Below are positions 56,022-64,000 of a DNA stretch of 64,000 nucleotides, in pieces (positions within the stretch are counted from its first letter, which is position 1; the number at the start of each line of letters is the position of its first letter). The notes below the pieces were generated by a model. It searched no databases. It had not been told where the DNA came from and was given only the letters and a program-made list of their open reading frames with translations. Position numbers and translations under genes: made by a program. Source of the DNA: Comamonadaceae bacterium (GTDB taxonomy: Bacteria; Pseudomonadota; Gammaproteobacteria; Burkholderiales; Burkholderiaceae_C); contig QYPX01000070.1 of NCBI GenBank assembly GCA_007280205.1, positions 7 through 64,006 of the forward strand. Reading direction: 5' to 3'.

Positions 56022-57650
56022 ATGAACTTTGAAGAACTAAATCTGGCTCCGGCCATTGTCAAGGCCGTGCTCGAACAGGGCTATGAAACCCCCACTGCCA
56101 TTCAGGCGCAGGCCATTCCTGCCGTGCTGGCTGGCCACGACCTGCTAGGAGGCGCGCAAACCGGAACCGGCAAGACCGCTGCTTTCGTATTGCCCATGCT
56201 GCATAAACTCAGCGCGGCCGCGGCGCCAAAAAACAAGTTTGGTGGCACAGGGATTCGTGCCTTGGTCCTGACCCCCACACGCGAACTTGCAGCCCAGGTG
56301 GAAGAATCTGTGCAAACCTACGGCAAATATCTGGATCTGACTTCAACCGTGGTGTTCGGCGGTGTCGGCATGAACCCCCAGATCAGTCGGGTGAAGAAGG
56401 GTGTGGATATCCTGGTGGCGACGCCTGGTCGTCTGCTGGACCTCTTGCAGCAGGGCGTACTGGACCTGACTCAAGTCCAGATTCTGGTGCTTGACGAAGC
56501 TGACCGCATGCTGGATATGGGGTTCATCCATGACGTCAAGAAGGTTTTGGCCGTGGTACCCCGTGACAAGCAGAGCCTGCTTTTTTCAGCCACTTTCAGT
56601 GAAGAAATTCGGGATTTGGCCGCAACGCTCCTGAAGAGCCCACTGAGCATTCAGGTCACGCCTGGCAACACGACCGTACAGCGCATCACGCAAATCATTC
56701 ACCCCGTCGGACGTGGCAAGAAGAAAGCACTGCTGGCGCACATCATCCAGCAGCACAACTGGAGCCAGGTGCTGGTGTTCACACGAACCAAGTTTGGCGC
56801 CAACAACGTTGCTGAGTTTCTGGTCAAGAACGGCATCAATGCGATGGCCTTGCACGGTAACAAAAGCCAGGCGGCGCGCACCCAGGCACTGGCTGGTTTC
56901 AAAAGTGGCGAGATTCGCGCACTGGTGGCAACTGACATAGCCGCTCGTGGCATCGACATCGATGATCTGCCACACGTCGTGAACTATGAAATACCCAACG
57001 TCAGCGAAGACTATGTGCACCGTATTGGCCGCACCGGTCGCGCCGGCGCAGACGGCCAGGCCGTTAATCTTGTTTGCCTGGACGAAGAAGGTTTCATGCA
57101 GGCCATCGAGCGCTTCACCAAACAAACCATTCCGGTTGAAATCGTGGATGGTTTCATGCCGGAGCCAGGGGAGAGGGCCGAGCCCATCGCCATGGGTCGC
57201 CAAACCATATGGGGCGGCGCCGGTAAACCTCCCAGCCGCGACGTCATGCAGGCTGCTGGCAGAGCCGCACGAACCGAGATGATGCAAAGAGTGCGCGACG
57301 GCAAGTCAGCGCAGGGTGAACGTGGCGGTAGCGGTGGCGGTGGTGGCGGCAACAGGCGAAGTACTGGCGGTAACACGGGCGGACAACGCAGTGCTCCCCA
57401 GCGCAGCCCGAACCCGCTTGGCAACCAGGCACCACCGCGTTCCACCCCGAGTCAACCAGACCCGATGCGAACCAGCGTCGACATGATGGCCGAACGAGGC
57501 GCCCGCCGAGGTGGCGGCTTCGGCGGCAATCGCAACGGAGGAGGCTATTCCGGACCCAGTGGCCGTTCCGGCGGTGGCACAGGTGGTTTTGGCGGCGGTG
57601 GCAGCGGTTCGCGCGGACCAGGGGGCTCCCGCGGCTCTTTTAATCGTTAA
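56022..57650 (+). CDS. rhlE: DEAD-box RNA helicase RhlE
   Basis: Q motif, [29 protein letters not shown]; Gly/Arg-rich tail. Confidence 0.9.
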   Translation: MNFEELNLAPAIVKAVLEQGYETPTAIQAQAIPAVLAGHDLLGGAQTGTGKTAAFVLPMLHKLSAAAAPKNKFGGTGIRALVLTPTRELAAQVEESVQTYGKYLDLTSTVVFGGVGMNPQISRVKKGVDILVATPGRLLDLLQQGVLDLTQVQILVLDEADRMLDMGFIHDVKKVLAVVPRDKQSLLFSATFSEEIRDLAATLLKSPLSIQVTPGNTTVQRITQIIHPVGRGKKKALLAHIIQQHNWSQVLVFTRTKFGANNVAEFLVKNGINAMALHGNKSQAARTQALAGFKSGEIRALVATDIAARGIDIDDLPHVVNYEIPNVSEDYVHRIGRTGRAGADGQAVNLVCLDEEGFMQAIERFTKQTIPVEIVDGFMPEPGERAEPIAMGRQTIWGGAGKPPSRDVMQAAGRAARTEMMQRVRDGKSAQGERGGSGGGGGGNRRSTGGNTGGQRSAPQRSPNPLGNQAPPRSTPSQPDPMRTSVDMMAERGARRGGGFGGNRNGGGYSGPSGRSGGGTGGFGGGGSGSRGPGGSRGSFNR

Positions 57651-57666
57651 GCCAAACGGGAACGGT

Positions 57667-58878
57667 TTACCTCGATCGCAGACCAGCCGACTGGCTGCCT
57701 TCGAGCGCCTTCACGGGTCTCAACAACCAGGCCGGCCAGGCACCGCTGCCGACGGCCAGACCCACTGACCAGAACACGAGCTGCACCCCAACCACGGCGC
57801 CGGCCGTGCCAAACAAGAGTGGCATCACGACACTTGAAGCGTTGATCGCCATCAGGCGCAGTCCCAGGGCTTCTCCATGACGCGCCTCTGGCGTAATCTG
57901 ATGCAGCGTGCTCATGATCATCGGTTGCACCGAACCCAGCGCCAGTCCGAGCAGAACCGAGCAGCTACCCATGGCCAGCGCCGAGACCATCAGGGGGTAG
58001 ACCGCAAAAAGCGCCGCCGTAAGCAGCATGGCGCCACTCACCACAACCCATTCGTGGACCCGGGACGCAACGAAAGGCAGGACGATTCGGATCAGTGTCG
58101 CGGCGAGCGCAAATGCACCCAGAATCGCGCCGATCTGGGAAGCACTAAAGCCCCGCTCATGCCCCAGCACTGGCACGACGAAGGTATGGACATCCCAGCA
58201 GGACGACAGCAGCCAGTTCACCAACATCAGCCGGCGCATGAGGGGTTCGCGCAACAAGTCCCATGTCCTGCCGCGCTTTGCTCCTTCCAACTGCGTCACC
58301 GGTGGCAGCTCTACCGTGCGACGCACCCAAAACCAGGTCGCCAGAGGCAACACGGCCATGAACAGGAAGGCGGCACGGAAGCCACTGTGGTCAATCAGCA
58401 GACCCGCCGTCAGCGGTCCGAGAAAATTCGAGACAGCTGGCCCAATAGCCAGCCAGCTGAATACCTTCTTCAACTCGGTCGCACTTTGCGCTGCACGCCC
58501 GACATGACGCTGTAGTGAGATGGAAGCCACGCCCGTGGCGCCACCGGTCATCAGCGCGCTCAGGCACAAGACAGGAAATAGGGGAAGAGCAAACGCCAGG
58601 CCGGCACCTGCAGAAGCAACCGTGACGCACAGGCCCACCGGACGCTTGAGTCCATGCCGGTCCGCATAGCGTCCGGCCGGCAAAGCCAAAAACACCTGGG
58701 TCAGAGCGAACAAGGCCAGCAAGAAGCCGACCGCCAGGGCACTGTATCCCTCGCGCAGTGCCATCAAGGGCGCAGCCATGCGCATGCCGGCCATGCACGC
58801 ATGCAGGCAGACATGACCAGCAATCAGACGCGCCAACGCGAAGCGTGGCCCCGGCGAAGCAACTGTCGCGAGGCTCAC
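57667..58878 (-). CDS. MFS transporter
   Basis: About 12 TM segments, motif A GRYADRHGLKR. Confidence 0.88.
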   Translation of the reverse strand: MSLATVASPGPRFALARLIAGHVCLHACMAGMRMAAPLMALREGYSALAVGFLLALFALTQVFLALPAGRYADRHGLKRPVGLCVTVASAGAGLAFALPLFPVLCLSALMTGGATGVASISLQRHVGRAAQSATELKKVFSWLAIGPAVSNFLGPLTAGLLIDHSGFRAAFLFMAVLPLATWFWVRRTVELPPVTQLEGAKRGRTWDLLREPLMRRLMLVNWLLSSCWDVHTFVVPVLGHERGFSASQIGAILGAFALAATLIRIVLPFVASRVHEWVVVSGAMLLTAALFAVYPLMVSALAMGSCSVLLGLALGSVQPMIMSTLHQITPEARHGEALGLRLMAINASSVVMPLLFGTAGAVVGVQLVFWSVGLAVGSGAWPAWLLRPVKALEGSQSAGLRSR

Positions 58879-60239
58879 GCCTGCTCCGCGTCCCGGTCAG
58901 CGTCGAAATCCTTGTCCACAGGAATCAGCACCTGCACCTGTGACTCTGGAAGGGACTCGACTTTTTTGAGCGCACGCCCCATGGCTCGGCTGCGCGTCTC
59001 GGCGCTGTCAAGCGTCTTGAGTACGGTCTCCGTCTGCGACTTCACTTTCGCCAGCACATCGCCAAACTTGCCGAATTCGGTCTTCACCGCGCCCAGCACC
59101 TGCCAGACCTCGCTGGACCGCTTTTCCAGCGCCAAAGTACGAAAGCCCATCTGCAACGAGCTCAGCATGGCCAACAGCGTCGTCGGTCCAGCCAAAGTAA
59201 TGCGGTGTTCCCGCTGCAGAGCCTGCATCAATCCGGGGCGTCGCAACACCTCCGCATAGAGACCTTCGGTCGGCAGAAACAAGATGGCAAAGTCGGTTGT
59301 GTACGGCGGCTCCACGTACTTGTCGGCGATGGAACGGGCTTCCAGCCGGATCCGCAACTCCAGCGCCTTGCCCGCCGCCTCGGCGCCCGCCACATCAGCG
59401 TTGCCCTGGGCCGCCAGCAGCCGCTCGTAATCTTCGTTCGGAAACTTGGCATCGATGGGCAGCCACAGGGGTGAACCCTGTTCGGACTTGCCCGGCAGCT
59501 TGATCGCAAAGTCCACCACGTTCTTGCTGCCGGGGCGGGTTGCAACCTGGGCCGCGTACTGGTCTGCCACCAATACCTGCTCAAGCAGGGAAGCCAGCTG
59601 CGCTTCGCCAAAAATCCCCCTGGTCTTTACGTTCGTCAACAAATGCTTCAAGTCGCCAACACCCTGGGCCAGGGTCTGCATCTCGCCAAGCCCCTTGTGC
59701 ACCTGCTCCAAGCGGTCTGCCACCTGCTTGAAACTCTCACCCAGCCGTGCCTGCAGCGTGGTCTGCAATTTCTCATCGACGGTAGCGCGCATCTCGTCAA
59801 GTTTGCCCGCGTTGCTTGCCAACAGTTGCGCCAGTTGCGCCTCCAGCGTTTGCCGCACTTCGCTCATGCGCCTGGCATTGGATTCGCTCAAGGATTGCAG
59901 TTGCAAGGTCAAGGTATCAGACAGGGATTTTTGCAACAGGCCGAGCTGTTGTCCGAAAGCGTCGAGCTGGACATTTTGCGTGCGAGCACCCTCTGCCCCC
60001 TGCTGTACCAGTGACTGCTGAAAGGTGGCCAGGTTCTGTGCCAGTTCCTGGCGGCCAGCACGAGCCGATTCGCCAACTTCACGGCGCAGCTCGCGCTCCA
60101 GCCGATCGATCTGCTCACTGGCGCGCTGCTCGGCTGCAGACGCCAGTTCAGGGCCCGGCCGCCGCAGCACCAGCCACCAGAGCAGTGCACCATTGAGCAA
60201 GACAAGCAACAACACCAGCCACGGCAATAGGTCATTCAA
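58875..60239 (-). CDS. rmuC: DNA recombination protein RmuC
   Basis: N-terminal TM, coiled coil, KTRGIFGE, PIDAKFP, KYVEPPYTTDFAILFLPTEGLY. TTG start with GGAGG RBS. Confidence 0.93.
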   Translation of the reverse strand: MNDLLPWLVLLLVLLNGALLWWLVLRRPGPELASAAEQRASEQIDRLERELRREVGESARAGRQELAQNLATFQQSLVQQGAEGARTQNVQLDAFGQQLGLLQKSLSDTLTLQLQSLSESNARRMSEVRQTLEAQLAQLLASNAGKLDEMRATVDEKLQTTLQARLGESFKQVADRLEQVHKGLGEMQTLAQGVGDLKHLLTNVKTRGIFGEAQLASLLEQVLVADQYAAQVATRPGSKNVVDFAIKLPGKSEQGSPLWLPIDAKFPNEDYERLLAAQGNADVAGAEAAGKALELRIRLEARSIADKYVEPPYTTDFAILFLPTEGLYAEVLRRPGLMQALQREHRITLAGPTTLLAMLSSLQMGFRTLALEKRSSEVWQVLGAVKTEFGKFGDVLAKVKSQTETVLKTLDSAETRSRAMGRALKKVESLPESQVQVLIPVDKDFDADRDAEQA

Positions 60240-60270
60240 AACAGCATCCTCCAGAGCCCTATTGTTGTTC

Positions 60271-60300
60271 AAAAAAAAGGCCTCGCAAAGCGAGGCCTTC
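60271..60300 (-). terminator. Intrinsic terminator after the TRAP receptor gene
   Basis: Minus strand AAGGCCTCGC-TTT-GCGAGGCC followed by a T8 tract. Confidence 0.85.
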
Positions 60301-60322
60301 CTGAGCGAAAAAAGTTGGCTGA

Positions 60323-61417
60323 TTACAGCTTCTGCATCGCCATAAAGGAGTCGAAGCGGCTTTCGGCAAAACGGAACCAGGCCACCTGATCGCGCTGGAA
60401 TGCGCGCAAATCGGCATAGATTTTCTTCCATTCCGGACTCTTGGCGTCGTTCTCGGCGAACACCTCCATGGATGCCTTGAACGATGCCTCCAGCACCGCC
60501 TGCGAAAATGGCAACACCTTGGTCTTGGCAGCAATCAGTTGCTTCAGGGCCATCGGGTTGAACGCATCGTATTTGGCCAGCATATCGGTGCTAGCCAATG
60601 CCGACGCAGCCTCAATAATCGCCTTGTACTCAGGTGACAAGGTATCGAAGGCCTTCTGGTTGATAAAGAAATCGACCTCCGGACCACCTTCCCACCAGCC
60701 AGGATAGTAGTAATACGGTGCAACCTTGTTGAAACCAAGCTTCTGGTCATCGTAAGGACCGACCCACTCCGCTGCATCGATCGTGCCCTTCTCCAGCGCC
60801 TGGTAAATTTCGCCACCGGGAATGCTTTGCGGCACGGCACCAAGTTTTTGCACGACCTGGCCGACCAGACCGCCACCCATGCGCATCTTCATGCCTTTGA
60901 AATCGGCAATCGACTTGATCTCCTTGCGGAACCAGCCACCCATCTGGGTACCCGTGTTACCACCGGCGAAGCTGAGCATGCCATAGGCTGCATAGAACTC
61001 ATTCATCAGCTTGCGCCCGTTGCCATGCATCATCCAGGCTGTCATCTGGCGCGCATTCAGGCCGAAGGGGACGGCTGAACCCAGGGCAAAAGCCGGGTTC
61101 TTGCCGTAGAAATAGTAGGGCACCGTGTGAGTCATCTCGACGGTACCGTTCTGCACACCGTCAACTACACCAAACGGTGGCAACAACTCGCCGCCGGCAT
61201 GCACCGAGATTTCGAACTTGCCGCCCGACATGGCTTTAACGGCCTTGGCGAACACCTCAGCACCGCCATAAATGGTGTCAAGCGATTTTGGAAAACTTGA
61301 CGCCAGACGCCACCGGATATTTGCGCCCTGCGCGTGCACAGCGGGTGCCGCACCGGCTGCAAGAATACTGGCAATCCCAGCGTTTTTAATTACGGAACGA
61401 CGATCCATGAGATTCAC
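60323..61417 (-). CDS. TRAP transporter substrate-binding protein (TakP-like, Tat signal)
   Basis: DRRSVIK twin-Arg leader, WRLASSFPKSLD, GNTGTQMGGWF, EWVGPYDD, YPGWWEG. Confidence 0.88.
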   Translation of the reverse strand: MNLMDRRSVIKNAGIASILAAGAAPAVHAQGANIRWRLASSFPKSLDTIYGGAEVFAKAVKAMSGGKFEISVHAGGELLPPFGVVDGVQNGTVEMTHTVPYYFYGKNPAFALGSAVPFGLNARQMTAWMMHGNGRKLMNEFYAAYGMLSFAGGNTGTQMGGWFRKEIKSIADFKGMKMRMGGGLVGQVVQKLGAVPQSIPGGEIYQALEKGTIDAAEWVGPYDDQKLGFNKVAPYYYYPGWWEGGPEVDFFINQKAFDTLSPEYKAIIEAASALASTDMLAKYDAFNPMALKQLIAAKTKVLPFSQAVLEASFKASMEVFAENDAKSPEWKKIYADLRAFQRDQVAWFRFAESRFDSFMAMQKL

Positions 61418-61525
61418 TCCTAGAGTTGTTGATTAATACCCCGCCATGCTAACAGGCATAGCGACGACCGATTCAAGTCACCGAGCATTGTAGAAACCAT
61501 CTGTAGCACCAATGGCGGGGGTTTT

Positions 61526-61579
61526 CCCTTGCGGGGCTGACCGCCACGCGGTTCAGAGCCCTTGCGGGGCAGACCACCA
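61526..61579. repeat. Tandem 21-bp direct repeat, 33-bp period
   Basis: CCCTTGCGGGGCTGACCGCCA (61526-46) and CCCTTGCGGGGCAGACCACCA (61559-79). Confidence 0.8.
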
Positions 61580-61589
61580 ACAAAAATAC

Positions 61590-63488
61590 TCAGGCAACTG
61601 CTTTGAGGCCTGCTCGCCCTGAGCCAATCAAGGGTCCAAAGCGCTGACGGATCGAAGTTTCAATGCCCTTGGCGTCAAGCCCCTGCAGGGACAACAGTTT
61701 GGCGACGTCCCCATGTTCAATGAACTCGTCGCGCAGTCCGAGTTGCAGCAGTGGCTTGGTCAAGCCGGCAGCCTGCAGCGCCTCACTGACTGCACTGCCA
61801 GCGCCACCCATGACGGCGCCCTCCTCCACACTAACCAGCACGGCATGTTCGGCGGCAACCTTGAGCAACAGCTCCGTATCCAGCGGCTTGACCCAGCGCA
61901 TGTTAACCACCGTCGCGCCCAGTGCCTCAGCTGCCACCAGCGCCGGGTAAAGCAATGTGCCAAAAGCCAGGATGGCAATGTCCTTGCCCGACCGCTTCAA
62001 CTGCGCCTTGCCGAACGGCAAGGACTCCAGGCCACTGTGCACCGCCACACCAGCACCAGCACCCCTTGGATAGCGCACAGCCACCGGGTGATTCTGCTCA
62101 AACGCACAGGTCAGCAACTGGCGACACTCGTTCTCATCGGCCGGGCAGGCCAGACTGATGTTCGGAATGCAGCGCAGGAAGGCGATGTCATAGGCACCGG
62201 CGTGCGTCGCCCCGTCAGCACCGACCAAACCTGCTCGGTCCAGGGCAAACACCACTGGCAGATTTTGCAGTGCCACGTCGTGAATCAGCTGGTCATAGGC
62301 CCGCTGCAGGAAAGTCGAATAAATCGCGACGACCGGCTTGAGCCCCTCACAGGCCAGCCCCGCCGCAAAAGTCAAGGCATGCTGCTCGGCGATTCCAACA
62401 TCAAAATAGCGCTGGGGAAAGCGCTTTTCAAATTCAACCATGCCCGATCCCTCCCGCATGGCAGGTGTAATGCCCACCAGTCGCGCATCGCGCGCTGCCA
62501 TGTCGCACAGCCAGTCACCGAAGACCTGGGTAAAAGTCAGCTTCGGCGGTGTACTGGGCTGTTGCAGACCGATCGTCGGGTCAAACTTGCCCGGGCCGTG
62601 ATAGGCCACCGGATCGGCTTCAGCCAACTTGTAGCCCTGCCCCTTTTTCGTCACCACATGCAGGAATTGCGGTCCCTTGAGGTGTTTGATGTTTTCGAGC
62701 GTCGGAATCAGGGAGTCAAGGTCATGGCCATCGATGGGACCAATGTAATTGAAACCGAATTTTTCGAACAGGGTGGCCGGCACCACCATGCCTTTGGCGT
62801 GTTCCTCTATGCGTTTGGCCAGTTCGAACAGCGGCGGGGCCCCTTTCAAAACAGTCTTGCCGGCGTTCTTGGCTGCAGCGTAAAACTGCCCGCTCAGGAG
62901 TTTGGCCAGATAGCGATTGAGTGCGCCCACAGGTGGACTGATGCTCATGTCGTTGTCGTTCAGGATCACCAGCAGATTGGCATCAGCCACGCCAGCGTTG
63001 TTCAGCGCTTCAAAAGCCATGCCCGCAGTCAGCGCACCATCGCCGATCACGGCGATCACATGACGCTCCTCGCCTTTGATCTTTGCTGCCAGTGCCATCC
63101 CCAATGCTGCCGAAATGGAGGTGCTGGAATGCGCCGTCCCGAAATCATCGTATTCACTTTCCGCTCGTTGAGGGAACCCGCTCAAGCCGCCGAACTGGCG
63201 CAACGAACCCATGCGATCGCGGCGGCCGGTCAGAATCTTGTGCGGGTAGGTTTGGTGACCGACGTCCCAAACCATACGATCATTCGGGGCATTGAAAACG
63301 TAGTGCAGCGCCACGGTAAGTTCAACGGTACCTAGATTGGAGCTCAAATGCCCACCCGTCTGCGCCACGCTGTCAAGCAGATAGGCGCGCAGCTCGGTCG
63401 CCAGTACCTCCAGTTGCGCACGCGCCAGACGCCGCAGGTCAGAGGGATCATTGATCGTTTGCAGCAGTGGATACACGGTATTCGACAT
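61590..63488 (-). CDS. dxs: 1-deoxy-D-xylulose-5-phosphate synthase
   Basis: [35 protein letters not shown]. Confidence 0.98.
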   Translation of the reverse strand: MSNTVYPLLQTINDPSDLRRLARAQLEVLATELRAYLLDSVAQTGGHLSSNLGTVELTVALHYVFNAPNDRMVWDVGHQTYPHKILTGRRDRMGSLRQFGGLSGFPQRAESEYDDFGTAHSSTSISAALGMALAAKIKGEERHVIAVIGDGALTAGMAFEALNNAGVADANLLVILNDNDMSISPPVGALNRYLAKLLSGQFYAAAKNAGKTVLKGAPPLFELAKRIEEHAKGMVVPATLFEKFGFNYIGPIDGHDLDSLIPTLENIKHLKGPQFLHVVTKKGQGYKLAEADPVAYHGPGKFDPTIGLQQPSTPPKLTFTQVFGDWLCDMAARDARLVGITPAMREGSGMVEFEKRFPQRYFDVGIAEQHALTFAAGLACEGLKPVVAIYSTFLQRAYDQLIHDVALQNLPVVFALDRAGLVGADGATHAGAYDIAFLRCIPNISLACPADENECRQLLTCAFEQNHPVAVRYPRGAGAGVAVHSGLESLPFGKAQLKRSGKDIAILAFGTLLYPALVAAEALGATVVNMRWVKPLDTELLLKVAAEHAVLVSVEEGAVMGGAGSAVSEALQAAGLTKPLLQLGLRDEFIEHGDVAKLLSLQGLDAKGIETSIRQRFGPLIGSGRAGLKAVA

Positions 63489-63575
63489 AGGCTAGGTATT
63501 ACTCTTTTCAGTGCTGCGTAGGGGTGAATTCCGGTTCATGTCCGTGATGCCCGATATTTGCACACCAACAGGATT

Positions 63576-64000
63576 TCAACTTGTTCGGCGAACCACCATG
63601 TTAGCCAAACCCTCAAGAGCCTGAGTATTACGCAGTCCGCCCTGAGCCAGCGCGGTCAGGGCCTGCTCAAGCAATTCCTGAGCATACCTGCCTGAGCGCT
63701 CGAGTCCCAGCACTGACACGTAGGTCGGTTTATCCTGATTCGCGTCCTTGCCAGCCGTCTTGCCCAAGGTAGCAGAGTCCGAAGTGACGTCCAAAATATC
63801 GTCCACGACCTGAAACGCCAAGCCGATCGCGTCCCCATAAGCCTCGAGTGCGGCCAGCGCCGCGGGTGGCAAATCAGCGAAAACCGCCCCCATCATCACG
63901 CTGGCTCGCAGCAAGGCTCCTGTCTTGAGTCGATGCATCTCGCGCAATTCACTTTCAGACAGCTTGGCACCGACACTGGCCAGGTCGATCGCCTGCCCGC
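63576..64000 (-). CDS. ispA: Farnesyl/geranyl diphosphate synthase (5' part outside the window)
   Basis: GQAIDL, KTGALL, FQVVDDILD, GKTAGKD, KPTY; lies upstream of dxs. Confidence 0.93.
   Translation of the reverse strand, partial: GQAIDLASVGAKLSESELREMHRLKTGALLRASVMMGAVFADLPPAALAALEAYGDAIGLAFQVVDDILDVTSDSATLGKTAGKDANQDKPTYVSVLGLERSGRYAQELLEQALTALAQGGLRNTQALEGLANMVVRRTS

Noticed and set aside
57320-57640. GGC/GGT-rich repeats
   Set aside because: Explained by the Gly-rich RhlE tail; not an independent repeat element.
61526-61579. Direct repeat as a mini-CRISPR or guanidine-II riboswitch
   Set aside because: Only two copies with a 12-bp spacer and no cas genes. The loops are GCAA, not ACGR.
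61713-63335. 540-aa plus-strand ORF antisense to dxs
   Set aside because: Shadow ORF in register with dxs codons, with atypical composition.

Overview
This is a GC-rich betaproteobacterial chromosome segment. Gene order and protein signatures point to Comamonadaceae (Rhodoferax/Polaromonas-like); this is an inference. It is mostly core housekeeping: glmM-folP-ftsH-rlmE/yhbY, greA-carBA, the rpsB-tsf-pyrH-frr-uppS-cdsA-dxr-rseP-bamA-skp-lpxD-fabZ-lpxA-lpxB-rnhB-trmH operon, rnr, tRNA-Leu(CAG), rimO-phaR, tRNA-Val(GAC), dnaG-rpoD, an AapJQMP-type amino-acid ABC transporter, ettA, rhlE, rmuC, a TRAP receptor, dxs and partial ispA. I saw no transposase, integrase, prophage or CRISPR array. The accessory-looking parts are a serine hydrolase/secreted GH18 chitinase-like pair (42.3-44.7 kb) and a small membrane protein + secreted CE4 deacetylase + short DUF1631-like locus (52.0-55.7 kb). 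The most notable non-coding signals are a long hairpin leader on carA, a multi-hairpin leader on rhlE, a structured rpoD leader, a head-to-head rnr/tRNA-Leu arrangement with no ATG for rnr, and several operator-like repeats. I cannot claim a definitively new system. All family assignments come from motif recognition, not database searches.
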